In this document: positions 38,695 through 50,816 of the stretch, piece after piece
Position numbering within the stretch: position 1 is the stretch's first letter
How the letters are laid out: every line of letters starts with the position of its first letter
Assembly: GCA_002269645.1 (NCBI GenBank)
Contig: NIVC01002648.1
Coordinates: 1-64,000 of the forward strand
Direction of reading: 5' to 3'
From: Macrostomum lignano
Taxonomy: Eukaryota
Length of the DNA stretch: 64,000 bases
Position numbers and translations under genes: made by a program
The notes under the pieces: generated by a model
Seen by the model: the letters and a program-made list of their open reading frames with translations, nothing else
Databases searched by the model: none
Told to the model about the DNA's origin: nothing

Positions 38695-40150
38695 CACCAG
38701 CTTCCTAGATCCCCATTTGTTATCAATTCCCCACCTTCCCAGATCCCCATTTGTTAATATCAATTCCCCACTAGCTTCCCAGATCCCCATTTATTAATAT
38801 CAATTCCCCACCGGCTTCCCAGATCCCCATTTGTTATTATCAATTCCCCACTAGCTTCCCAGATCCCCATTTGTTATTATCAATTCCCCACCGGCTTCCC
38901 AGGTCCCCATTTGTTATTATCAACTCCCCACTAGCTTCCCAGATCCCCATTTGTTATCAATTCCCCACCTTCCTAGATCCCCATTTGTTAATATCAATTC
39001 CCCACTAGCTTCCCAGATCCCCATTTATTAATATCAATTCCCCACCGGCTTCCCAGATCCCCATTTGTTGTTATCAATTCCCCACTAGCTTCCCAGATCC
39101 CCATTTGTTAATATCAATTCCCCACTGGCTTCCGAGATCCCCATTTGTTGTTATCAATTCCCCACTGGCTTCCCAGATCCCCATTTGTTAATATCAATTC
39201 CCCACTGGCTTCCGAGATCCCCATTTGTTAATATCAATTCCCCACTAGCTTTCCAGATCCCCATTTGTTAATATCGATTCCCCACCGGCTTCCCAGATCC
39301 CCATTTGTAATATCAATTCCCCACCGGCTTCCCAGATCCCCATTTATTAATATCAATTCCCCACCGGCTTCCCAGATCCCCATTTGTTAATATCAATTCC
39401 CCACCGGCTTCCCAGATCCCCATTTATTAATATCAATTCCCCACCGGCTTCCGAGATCCCCATTTGTTAATATCAATTCCCCACTGGCTTCCGAGATCCC
39501 CATTTGTTAATATCAATTCCCCACTGGCTTCCGAGATCCCCATTTGTTAATATCAATTCCCCACTGGCTTCCGAGATCCCCATTTGTTAATATCAATTCC
39601 CCACTGGCTTCCGAGATCCCCATTTGTTAATATCAATTCCCCACTGGCTTCCCAGATCCCCATTTGTAATATCAATTCCCCACTGGCTTCCGAGATCCCC
39701 ATTTGTAATATCAATTCCCCACCGGCTTCCCAGATCCGCATTTGTTAATATCAATTCCCCACCGGCTTCCGAGATCCCCATTTGTTAATATCAATTCCCC
39801 ACTAGCTTTCCAGATCCCCATTTGTTAATATCAATTCCCCACTGGCTTCCGAGATCCCCATTTGTTAATATCAATTCCCCACTGGCTTCCGAGATCCCCA
39901 TTTGTTAATATCAATTCCCCACTGGCTTCCGAGATCCCCATTTGTTAATATCAATTCCCCACTGGCTTCCGAGATCCCCATTTGTAATATCAATTCCCCA
40001 CCGGCTTCCCAGATCCCCATTTGTTAATATCAATTCCCCACTGGCTTCCGAGATCCCCATTTGTTAATATCATTTCCCCACCGGCTTCCGAGATCCCCAT
40101 TTGTTAATATCAATTCCCCACTGGCTTCCGAGATCCCCATTTGTAATATC
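38695..40150. repeat. 40-bp minisatellite CCCCATTTGTTAATATCAATTCCCCACTGGCTTCCGAGAT
   Basis: About 36 units starting about 40 nt after the exon 8 donor. Confidence 0.95.
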
Positions 40151-40265
40151 GATTCCAAAATGACTCTCGGATCCTCAATCTCAAGAGTTAAATTCCCAAA
40201 TGACCCACCTCATCATCGCATGCTACTCATTGTAAGCAGCGCCCTCGCCCATCATTGAATCCCAG

Positions 40266-40530
40266 ACTAAACGCATGGTGGTGGAAAAGATGGGACACGA
40301 GGCTCTGGAGCTCGGTCACACGGACATTGAGCTGAACGGGGTCGAAGAGAACACTCTGGTGGCGGGTCTGTGCGACCTGTTGGAGCGAATCTGGTCGCAC
40401 GGTTTGAGCACCAGGCACGGCAAATCTGCGCTGTGGTCTCACCTAAACCTGTTCTATAATAAGGAGATGGAGTTGACTAAACTGAAGCGGCAGATTCCCC
40501 AGCCTCAGCGAGTGCAGCAGCTTAATCCTG
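40266..40530 (+). CDS. DENND5: DENND5 exon 9 (start of RUN1)
   Basis: [18 protein letters not shown]...[23 protein letters not shown]...GKSALWSHL; donor G/GTAGGT, phase 1. Confidence 0.93.
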
Positions 40531-40624
40531 GTAGGTGTTTGGCTAATTTCTTTGTGCGTGCGGAAAATTTCTGTCACTCATAATAGCCATCTTTTACAAC
40601 CTGCGTCACCAGTCTGAGCCATTA

Positions 40625-41162
40625 AAACCTCTGGGTCATCGATCTGGCTCATTGGCATCTCTGGGTTATCGATATGGCTCATTGGCATCTCTGGGTCATC
40701 AATCTGGCTCATTGGCATCTCTGGGTCATCAATCTGGCTCATTGGAATCTCTGGGTCATCAATCTGGCTCATTGGCATCTCTGGGTCATCAATCTGGCCA
40801 TCAATCTAGCTCATTGGCATCTCTGGGTCATCAATCTGGCTCATCGGCATCTCTGGGTCATCAATCTGGCTCATCGGCATCTCTGGGTCATCAATCTGGC
40901 TCATTGGAATCTCTGGGTCATCAATCTGGCTCATTGGAATCTCTGGGTCATCAATCTGGCTCATTGGCATCTCTGGGTCATCAATCTGGCTCTTCGGCAT
41001 CTCTGGGTCATTAATCTGGCTCATTGGCATCTCTGGGTCATTAATCTGGCTCATCGGCATCTCTGGGTCATCAATCTGGCTCATTGGCATCTCTGGGTCA
41101 TCAATCTGGCTCATTGGCATCTCTGGGTCATCAATCTGGCTCGTTGGCATCTTTGGGTCATT
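40625..41162. repeat. 30-bp minisatellite TCATTGGCATCTCTGGGTCATCAATCTGGC
   Basis: About 18 units. Confidence 0.93.
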
Positions 41163-41444
41163 TGTTTGCTTATCGAAACAGTGTCATTATTAAAATTTCT
41201 GTTTAATAATCGAACTATCTTCAATTAAAATACCAGTAATTGCTTGCAATTTGTTTGTTATACTTAATTAGTAGCTCTTATAAAATCGGTGTCTATCATA
41301 CATTATACAATTTTTGTATACTTCTGCATTAGCACATGATTTCACAGACTTTCACTGCTGTATGTTCGTTCCTTTTCTCGCTACAAAGGTGTATTGGCAT
41401 TTGAACTAATTAAAATGAAATTAACAATATTAATAAATTTTCAG

Positions 41445-41528
41445 AAGCCAGTCCAATTAGGCACCGTGTTAAAGAGGCCCTGAGCAATATGGGCATGGAT
41501 CAGTACTCCGTGTTCAAATTCCTTAATG
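41445..41528 (+). CDS. DENND5: Candidate 84-nt DENND5 cassette exon (EASPIRHRVKEALSNMGMDQYSVFKFLN)
   Basis: Acceptor aattttcag, donor G/GTTGGT, stop-free, phase 1-1 fits exons 9 and 10; GC-richer than the AT-rich flanks. Confidence 0.5.
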
Positions 41529-41984
41529 GTTGGTCTATGATATTCGAAATTTATAGTCTCCGTTTTTAAGCACCTGTCGTAGTTTGTTTATTAGTTGCAC
41601 GATATGTTTGTTAATTATGTAATAATAACCGATTAGCTCATCCGCTAACGTGTCGGTGCAATACTAACCCCACATTTATGTAATTTTTTTACTGAGATGC
41701 CATTTATGAGCCTAGCCGGTTCTGGGTTCATTTTTTAGTTACTAACCAATACTAGTGTTTATTTCTTATACTTCAGTGCGGAATGCCTATACGAGTTAAT
41801 AGCTGCAATATGTCGTGCTTTTATTAGTATTTTTGCTCTCATCCGGTATTTATTTCGGTCGGCATTTTGATCATAATTAATGCTTTTTTACTTACTATTG
41901 ATAGTATTGTTACTAACAGTAGTGCTGTTTGGTTTGTGTTTTTATACAGAAATGCTTGGTTTTGTTCATCAATTTTTTTGCTTT

Positions 41985-42056
41985 ACCGAAACAGGATTCG
42001 AACCCCTGTCCTCCCAGACAATAGGACGAAGCGATACCCGCTCTGCCACGACTCCC
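41985..42056 (-). pseudogene. tRNA-derived SINE head or tRNA pseudogene
   Basis: rc contains A box TGGCAGAGCGG and B box GGTTCGAATCC, but no complete cloverleaf. Confidence 0.55.
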
Positions 42057-42091
42057 TCACCCAATCCACAAATAATTTTTTCAACTTTAAG

Positions 42092-42517
42092 ATGGCAGCT
42101 CATCAGGCCAACCAGACGCTGCCGTGCGCCGTGACCTCTATTCGTCCTTGAAGCGATCACGCGGTGGCAGCATGCGCGGCGGTGACCTTGCCGGCGTGTT
42201 CGGCCCGCCGCCAATTAACCTCATCGACGATATCCAACTGGTGCGCCAGCTCAAGGAGGTGCACACTGATGTTGGCAAATCGCGCGCATTCGTCCGGCTG
42301 GCACTGGAAAAGAAGCTGCTGCACGCTCATATTAAACGACTGCTCAGCGATTCTCACCTGCTCAGGGAACTTTACAAACGATTCGCTTTCCTACGCTGCG
42401 AAGAGGAGCGCGAACAATTCCTATTTCACTTGCTGTCGCTCAATGCTGTCGATTATTTTTCGTTCAGTTTGAGTTTGCCGGCTACTACTATGCTCTACCG
42501 CGTGTTTATTTACTCAG
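42092..42517 (+). CDS. DENND5: DENND5 exon 10 (RUN1)
   Basis: INLIDDI...TDVGKSRAFVRLALEKKLL...LYKRFAFLRCEEEREQFLFHLLSLNAVDYFSF; donor G/GTAAGA; phase 1-1. Confidence 0.93.
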
Positions 42518-43534
42518 GTAAGATTGACTCCTTTGGCATTACCGATATGTAGCGAAAAAGTATTGATAACTAGTGTTGATTTAATATCAGCTTTGCAACC
42601 AGTTAATTTCGGCAGGTATGTATCGAAACCTAATAACTGGTCAGCGATTTTCTTTTTGAGCCAGACAGACGCTCTTAGTTTTTGCCGATATGTATCGAAA
42701 ATCTAATAACTGGTCAGAGATTTTCTAGTAAGCCAGACAGACGCACTTAGTTTTCGCCGATATGTATCGAAAAATCAGTAACTAACAGCGATTAACTAAT
42801 ATGTATACTATTGAAGATTGGATCGATGTATGTGCGTGCTGAATAATTGTTGACTAATTAGTAACCGATATGTATCGAAACTCAACTGTCTAAAATATGA
42901 GAATCCACTCTAAACGTGACATGTCTTCATGCATGTCTCTAATGATGGGTTTTTTCAATCTATAAATGGAAGGATAGAGGATTTGAGCACATGTAAGGTC
43001 GGCTATGGTGGTTGGCACGCACCAGGGGGGCTGGGGGCTGTCCCCTCTGTCGGCTCAGCTAATAGAGCTCTAACATCTATTTTTTGTCACGAAATCCGAC
43101 CGCGCTCGATAAAGAAGCTTCAAGCACACCTGTCTGCCTGTCCTAGTCCCTAATTGACGTGGCTTGGAAGCTTCTCTCTCTATCTTGTCTGCTCTGGCCC
43201 GTTCGTCTCCCTGACCAGCTTAAGAGGCTCCGGATGATGAAGCTGGAGAGAGAAGAAAAGAAAGATAGATTGGAAGTTCGCGACCGTTCCTTTATTCCCT
43301 TCTCGCTGAACTGGGCCCCGGATCTGGGGAGGGAAAAATACTACTACGGAAATGGAGCCTGTTTCTCTTTGATCTTTGCCGCCAGCTGCTCATTTCTTCT
43401 TTGAGGGCCGAGAAACATCTATTTTTAAGCCATGGCTGGCGGTTTAACTTTGCACTTTTTGTCTTTGCTGTCTATTAATATATATCTGCTGCACATCTGT
43501 AAAGAATCTATTAACCTGTCAATCAATATATCAA

Positions 43535-44255
43535 TCTTCGACCCCATCAAATTTATCAACCTATCAAATCTACCAACCCATCAAATCTACCAACCCATCA
43601 AACCTGTCAACCCATCAAATCTACCAACCCATCAAACCTGTCAACCCATCAAATCTACCAACCCATCAAATCTACCAACCCATCAAATCTACCAACCCAT
43701 CAAACCTGTCAACCCATCAAATCTACCAACCCATCAAACCTACCAACCCATCAAATCTACCAACCCATCAAACCTGTAAACCCATCAAATCTACCAACCC
43801 ATCAAATCTACCAACCCATCAAATCTACCAACCCATCAAACCTGTAAACCCATCAAATCTACCAACCCATCAAACCTACCAACCCATCAAATCTACCAAC
43901 CCATCAAACCTGTAAACCCATCAAATCTACCAACCCATCAAACCTGTAAACCCATCAAATCTACCAACCCATCAAATCTACCAACCCATCAAATCTACCA
44001 ACCCATCAAATCTACCAACCCATCAAACCTATCAACCCATCAAATCTTATCAACCCATCAAATCTACCAACCCATCAAACCTGTAAACCCATCAAATCTT
44101 ATCAACCCATCAATCCTGTCAACCCATCAAATCTACCAACCCATCAAACCTGTCAACCCATCAAATCTTATCAACCCATCAATCCTGTCAACCCATCAAA
44201 TCTACCAACCCATCAAACCTGTCAACCCATCAAATCTACCAACCCATCAACCCAT
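43535..44255. repeat. 17-bp minisatellite AACCCATCAAATCTACC / AACCCATCAAACCTGTC
   Basis: About 42 units, ending about 12-17 nt before the exon 11 acceptor. Confidence 0.95.
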
Positions 44256-44268
44256 GCCGCCCCAATAG

Positions 44269-45209
44269 GCAAAAAGTACAGCGGCGCGAGCACCTCAGCC
44301 ACCGCCTGGTTCTGCCTCAACGGCCAGCTGGCCGACACGGGCCTGCTAGCCCTGCCTAAAGGCCAGATGCAATTCCAATTCGAGCACCCCAACCTGGGCG
44401 GCCTCACCACCCTGCGCATCGGTCACGACAACACCGGCATCTCGCCTCGCTGGTTTGTCGAATTCGTGCTGGTGCAGAACGCCTACACCGGCCACGTGTA
44501 CCGGTTCCACTGCGGCAGGTGGCTCGGCCGCGACGTTGATGACGGCAGCTCGGAGCGTCTGCTAGTGGCCGAACTGCTCCGCTCGTCCTGTCCCGGCCGG
44601 CCGTCCGGTTCTGTGTCCGGTGGCAGCGGCGGCGGCGGCACCCTTGGCCGGGAGCGCGGCCAGAGCGAGGAGCCAGCCGGAGGCGGCTTGTTCGACGGCT
44701 ACAGAACTCCACCCAGCCGCTGCCGCAGTCCCAGCCTGAGCAGGCGCGGCTCCACCGCCACCTCATCTGGGGAAGTCGGGCCTGGCGGAGGCGTCGGAGG
44801 CAACCCGGCCGGGCCAGCCGCCGCCGCTGCCTCGTCGTCCTCCTCTGCTGCCGCAGCCGCCGGAGCCACGGCCGAATCCGCCCAGCAAGGCCTTAGCGAC
44901 GCCGTCAATGCCGTTGTGAAGTTCTTCCACGGCCGGGAGTCTCCGCTGCACCAGCTGACCCTGCTGCTGTGCGGCGAGGCTGGCCTGGTGCCCGCCCTGG
45001 AGACCGCTCTGCATCTGGGCTTCCGGTCGGCCAGGTTCTTTCACATGCGCAAGCTGTACGTCTGGGATTTTGTTGACAAAGCTGTGCATCATTGTCTGGG
45101 CCAGCTGGTTACCATGGAGACGGGCAGGAAGCTGCAGGCTACCGTGTTCTGCCGATCGGCTAAACGGATTGATAATGCGGCCAGTCTGGGCAAGGATAGC
45201 AAATTGCAG
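44269..45209 (+). CDS. DENND5: DENND5 exon 11 (PLAT plus RUN2)
   Basis: NLGGLTTLRIGHDNTGISPRWFVEFVLVQN...FHCGRWLGRDVDDGSSERLLVAELL...LLCGEAGLV...SLGKDSKLQ; donor CAG/GTGAGA. Confidence 0.93.
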
Positions 45210-45231
45210 GTGAGAATCTGATTTATGCCGC

Positions 45232-46100
45232 TCTGTCTGCCTACCCAGCCTACCTATCTGCCTACCTAGCCTACCTATCTGCCTACCTAGCCTACCTATC
45301 TGCCTACCTAGCCTACCTATCTGCCTACCTAGCCTACCTATCTGCCTACCTAGCCTACCTATCTGCCTACCTAGCCTACCTATCTGCCTACCTAGCCTAC
45401 CTATCTGCCTACGTAGCCTACCTATCTGCTTACATATCCTACCTATCTGCCTACATAGCCTACCTATCTGCTTACATATCCTACCTATCTGCCTACGTAG
45501 CCTACCTATCTGCTTACATATCCTACCTATCTGCCTACGTAGCCTACCTATCTGCTTACATATCCTACCTATCGGCCTACCTAGCCTACCTATCTGCCTA
45601 CCTAGCCTACCTATCTGCCTACCTAGCCTACCTATCTGCCTACCTAGCCTACCTATCTGCCTACCTAGCCTACCTATCTGCCTACGTAGCCTACCTATCT
45701 GCCTACCTAGCCTACCTATCTGCCTACCTAGCCTACCTATCTGCCTACCTAGCCTACCTATCTGCCTACCTAGCCTACCCATCTGCCTACGTAGCCTACC
45801 TATCTGCCTACGTAGCCTACCTATCTGCCTACCTAGCCTACCTATCTGCCTACCTAGCCTACCTATCTGCCTACGTAGCCTACCTATCTGCTTACATATC
45901 CTACCTATCTGCCTACGTAGCCTACCTATCTGCCCACCCAGCCTACCTATCTGCCTACCTAGTCTACCTATCTGCCTACCCAGCTTAGCTAGCTGCCTAC
46001 CTATCTGCCTACCTAACCTACCTATTGTCTACCCAGCCTACCTCATCTGCCTACCTAGTCTACCTATCTGCCTACCCAGCTTAGCTATCTGCCTACCCAG
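45232..46100. repeat. 21-bp minisatellite CTACCTATCTGCCTACCTAGC
   Basis: About 40 units starting about 25 nt after the donor. Confidence 0.95.
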
Positions 46101-46435
46101 TCTATCCGTAGGGTCTACCTACCCTGTCTACCTGTTTGCATATCCAGTCTACCTATCTCCCTACCTAGTCTACCTATCTGCCTTTCAGCCTCCCTACCTA
46201 CCCAACCTTAGTTATCTTACCCACCCACGCACACACTACCCACTGTTTTCTACTTATCTGACCTACAATGTCTTCCCACCTTCCTTTTATAGATATGTAG
46301 TTTTGTTTCAGCATTTTAAGTTTAATAGGTTGGGTAGGTCAATAGTTTAAGAAGCTACTAATATGGAATAGAATGTCTGTCACTGTCTAATCTTGAATTA
46401 AATTATTTACGAATTAAAATTTCTTTCGCCCAAAG

Positions 46436-46642
46436 GTGTGGCTCTGTGTCGGCCTACGCGACCACCAACTATCCGGCTGGCTGTCGCTGCTGTCCGAGAG
46501 TCCGCACGCCGGCCAGTTCTACGAGCCGGGCAGTTTTATGCGCGACCCGGCTCTGCGCGATCAACTGTTGGGATTGTTGAACTCGCTGCGGGAATACCGA
46601 ATCCAGCTGGATCCTCAGCTAATGCGCGGAGTAGAGATTTGA
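46436..46642 (+). CDS. DENND5: DENND5 exon 12 (terminal)
   Basis: VWLCVGLRDHQLSGWLSLL...LDPQLMRGVEI* (human LGARDHLLHHWIALL...LETSLVKGIDI*). Confidence 0.93.
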   Translation: MWLCVGLRDHQLSGWLSLLSESPHAGQFYEPGSFMRDPALRDQLLGLLNSLREYRIQLDPQLMRGVEI

Positions 46643-46695
46643 ATTTTATTATTTTTCCGATTTTTCCGATCCGATTGAAATAGCAAATTAGTCTA

Positions 46696-46934
46696 TTTAT
46701 TCTACTGCTGACGTTATTAGCGAGTAGTATAAATATTGATTTAAATTACTAAGAAGTTTAATTTAATTTGCGCTTCATTAAAAGTAACGCAGAAATTCGT
46801 TTATTCTACTTATGACGTCAATGGCGAGTAGTATAATTGTTAATTTAAATGACAAAACCTTTGAATTTGCGTTTCGTTAAAAGTTAACGCAGAAATTCGT
46901 TTATTCTACTTTTGACGTCACTGGCGAGTAGTAT
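46696..46934 (+). repeat. About 2.4 tandem copies of a 100-104-nt hairpin-rich unit just after the DENND5 stop
   Basis: TTTATTCTACT...TGACGT...GCGAGTAGTAT recurs at 46696, 46800 and 46900. Confidence 0.85.
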
Positions 46935-47964
46935 TGTGTTGGAAAAAGTAGTAAAATTTTTATTTCAGTGGGCAATTTTATTCATTCGTTATTATTATAA
47001 ATAAGAAACCTTGATTTGACGTTGTGCTTTCTCTAATTGTATTTTATTTAGCGTAGAGATGAATGCTATTGTTGATGCTGACACAAAGAACAAACGACAG
47101 ACTACCCAGTACAGGTTTTTTATTTCTCTTACGTGTTTATAACAAAATTTCGGAATTTTTTACTTTGTTTCAATTCGTGCTTTTAAACAAACAACACCGC
47201 GCTTCATTCGCTGAAGTCGCTCGATCAGTATTCGAATTGCATGCTTAAATTATTTCTATTATAATCTTCTTGTGTAGAATATATGCTACTGATATACTAC
47301 TTTTACTGTCCGGCTTAAAAAGTTTATTTTTAAATGTACTTTGGGCAACAAATTTTATCAATGAATTGCATGTACATTGTAAAATTCTATCTTCTGTGTA
47401 GCAAGCTTTGTAATTGCTTATTTTACAATTCTGGGACAAATATTTTACATCTAATTAATTATTTATTGCATGCTTTGCTTAATACGCGTTTTATTGTGTC
47501 ATTTTAGTCAATCGCCTTAAGCATGCAGTAAACGGATAGATAGTGGCCCATTTGATTGTGAATTTATCTGTTCTATTGGTGCCCGTGCAATCGTTCTGCT
47601 TATGTTATGTTTATTGATGTAATATTTATAAATGATAATTTTTTATTAGATCATGATATTGGTTGCTATGCTCCACTAATACATTAATATTGCTTTTATT
47701 CTCTCGAACAGGCACTGAGTCTTGCTCGACTTGTTGGCCTATCAGCTATAAGAGGATTGATTGATTGTTAATTGACTTTTTATTTTCACTTTCTCTTTGA
47801 TTTGCAGCTGGGCCGCCGCCTCCCCACTGCTGCCACTCAGCATAGCCTTCCTCTTAGGGTGAAATGCTTGGTTTCCTGTCTATCGCGAAGTGGACAGACA
47901 CAGGCAGACATAATCTGAGACAGATAAGGCAGTCAGATTTATTGTAAACAGATAGACACTAAGA

Positions 47965-48117
47965 CAAACTTCGACAGACAGACAGACAGACAGACAGACG
48001 GACAGACACAGACAGACGGACAGACACAGACAGACAGACAGGCAGACAGACAGACAGACAGATTGACAAACAGACACACTAAGACGGACAGACAGTCAGA
48101 CAGACGGACAGACAGTC

Positions 48118-48173
<56 letters not shown>

Positions 48174-48190
48174 GGACAGACAGCCAGACA
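47965..48190. repeat. (GACA)n microsatellite
   Basis: Direct reading. Confidence 0.9.
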
Positions 48191-48443
48191 CTAAAGAGAT
48201 ACTCAAAGACAGGCAATGACTTCCCATACCGTACTCCTTGATAAAAGAGGATCCGTGTCCGCCTGCTTGGTCCAATGACAGGGCCTCCCCCAGCTACCTT
48301 CATCCGCGCCTCAATGGCCCCATTGGCTGTCTTGAGCTTGAGTAGCTACAAAACAGACGGAATTGTCCCAGCAACCGGGACTGCTTCTTCGCCAAATCTC
48401 TCAAACCCGCGCATAGAATCTCAAGCTAAAAGTTTAGCTAGCT

Positions 48444-48533
48444 ATGTCGGCTGTTCTGGCCATCGTCCTGCTGGTCGCTGGCTCTGCCCAAGCTTTCGTT
48501 CGACTCAATGGCAACTCTGACTTCTACGTCCAG
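48444..48533 (+). CDS. Secreted cysteine-rich precursor, exon 1 (signal peptide)
   Basis: MSAVLAIVLLVAGSAQA-FVRLNGNSDFYVQ with an AxA cleavage site; donor CAG/GTGACC; CCAAT motifs upstream at about 48272 and 48321. Confidence 0.78.
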
Positions 48534-48636
48534 GTGACCCTGCATTATTCATGACAGATTTTGACTGTTTTCATACCATGAACTCTGGTAAATACGGGGC
48601 TGATTTCTCAAAAATTGGCGTTTTGTAATCTTGCAG

Positions 48637-48721
48637 TGCGAAGCCGAGGGCTCGTACTGCGTGAGCGACAGCGGCTGCTGCGAGGGACTGCAGTGCGCCG
48701 TTGGCAACAGCAACCTGCAAG
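48637..48721 (+). CDS. Secreted cysteine-rich precursor, exon 2 (knottin-like module 1)
   Basis: Acceptor aatcttgcag; CEAEGSYCVSDSGCCEGLQCAVGNSNLQ; phases 0-1. Confidence 0.8.
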
Positions 48722-48741
48722 GTCGGTTCGATTATTCTATC

Positions 48742-49215
48742 CGTAGGGAATACCCCAGCCCTCCAAGCACCCTCACTAGGAATACCCCAGCCCTCTGAGC
48801 ACCCTCACTAGGAATACCTCAGCCCTCCATACACTCAGTAGGGAATACCCCAGCCCTCCATACACTCAGTAGAGAATACCCTAGCCTTTCAAACACTCTC
48901 AGTAGGGAATGCCCCAGCCCTCCAAGCACCTTCAGTAGGGAATACCCCAGCCCTTCAAACACTCAGTAGGGAATACCCTAGCACTCCAAGCACTCACTAG
49001 GGAATACCCCAGCCCTCCAAGCACCCTCACTAGGGAATACCTCAGCCCTCCAAGCACCCTCACTAGGCAATATCCCAGCCCTCCAAACACTCAGTAGGGA
49101 ATACCCTAGCACTCCAAGCACTCACTAGGGAATACCCCAGCCCTCCAAACTCTCAGTAGGGAATACCCCAGCCCTTCAAACACTCATCAGTAGGGAATAC
49201 CCCAACCCTCCAACC
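48742..49215. repeat. About 32-bp minisatellite AGGGAATACCCCAGCCCTCCAAGCACTCAGT
   Basis: About 15 degenerate units starting about 20 nt after the donor. Confidence 0.9.
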
Positions 49216-49779
49216 CCTACTTATTCGCCCGCCAATTGAGTCTCCCTTGGCTGCAGAAATTCGAGTTTCTGCTCTCTGGTGGAGCGGCTCTTTACTCTTA
49301 TACTCTTATAAATAGTGCAGAGCCAGCTGACCGCACGAGAACAAGTAGCCCAGCTTAAGCAGCCCGCCCTAGGGGACACTTCCCACTCTGGCCATCGGAC
49401 TCTCATTCCGGGTAATTCGAGGTAATTGAATTCGGTCGCAGGCGCTGCGGTGCCCCCACCCACTCTGGCGAACGGAGAGAGACGACACCGCGAGGGCTGT
49501 TATATTCCCCAATTGCCTATTCCCAATTGGGATTCCTCCTTCCCTTCCCCTCACTGCACCCTCTCCATCCTCTCCTATATATTTTTTCGCAGTTCGCAGA
49601 CTTCTGATTGACGGGGGAACTTGTCGAGTTCTAGCTGGGGTCGGATTTGCTAGTTAAATGTCTGAGCTATGAGCAAATGAGCAAATTCAACCATCACTGC
49701 TGATCAGCCAGCCTAGCAATGCATTTCGAACTTGATCGAATCTAATCGATTCATACACCCACGAGCTCGTACCCATGCA

Positions 49780-50795
49780 AATTCAAACATCTCCTTCCCG
49801 ACTCACACATCTCCTTCCCGATTCACACACCCACCCAATTCACACATCTTCCCGATTCACATCTCCATCCTGATTCACACATTACCCAATTCACACACCT
49901 AGCCGAAACACACATATCCGATTCACACACCTACCCGAAACACACATCCTCCAAATTCAAACATCTCCTTCCCGATTCACACACCTACCAAATTCACACA
50001 CTTACTGAATTCACACATCTCCTTCCCGACTCACACATCTCCTTCCCGACTCACATCTCCTTCCCGACTCACACATCTCCTTCCCGATTCACATCTCCTT
50101 CCCGATTCACATCTCCTTCCCGATTCACACACCCACCCAATTCACACATCTTCCCGATTCACATCTCCATCCTGATTCACACATTACCCAATTCACACAC
50201 CTAGCCGAAACACACATCCTCCAAATTCAAACATCTCCTTCCCGATTCACACACCTACCAAATTCACACACTTACTGAATTCACACATCTCCTTCCCGAT
50301 TCACACATCTCATTCCCGATTCACACATCTCCTTCCCGATTCACATCTCCTTCCCGATTCACATCTCCTACCCGATTCACATCTCCTTCCCGATTCACAC
50401 ATCTCCTTCCCAATTCACATCTCCTTCCCGATTCACATCTTCCAAATCCAAACATCTCCTTCCCGATTCACGCACCTACCTGATTCACGCAACTATACGA
50501 TTCACATCTTCCTTCCCGATTCACATCTCCTTCCCGATTCACACACCTATCCGATTCACACATCTGCTTCCTGATTCACACTTTTTCTTCCCGATTCACA
50601 TCTCCTTCCCGACTCACACATCTCCTTCCAAATTCACAACATCTCCTACCCGATTCACACACACACACACACACAGACACCTTCCCGATTCCTACAGCTT
50701 TCCAATTCACAACATCTCCTACCCAATTCACACACCTACCCGATTCACACATATCCTACCGGATTCACACACCTCCAACCCGATTCACACATCTA
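49780..50795. repeat. About 20-bp minisatellite ATTCACACATCTCCTTCCCG
   Basis: Degenerate tandem array running up to the exon 3 acceptor region. Confidence 0.9.
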
Positions 50796-50816
50796 CCTCT
50801 TTTTCATGCGCATCAG

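Noticed and set aside
46696-46934. SECIS elements enabling selenocysteine readthrough
   Set aside because: The TGA...GA core encloses only 10 nt, whereas SECIS needs a helix II of about 10 bp. DENND5 has no internal TGA and ends where the human protein ends.
49300-49600. Nested promoter or exon in knottin intron 2 (TATAAATA, GTAATT donor, ttttttcgcag acceptor)
   Set aside because: No ORF or initiator match follows; the motifs are common and unsupported.
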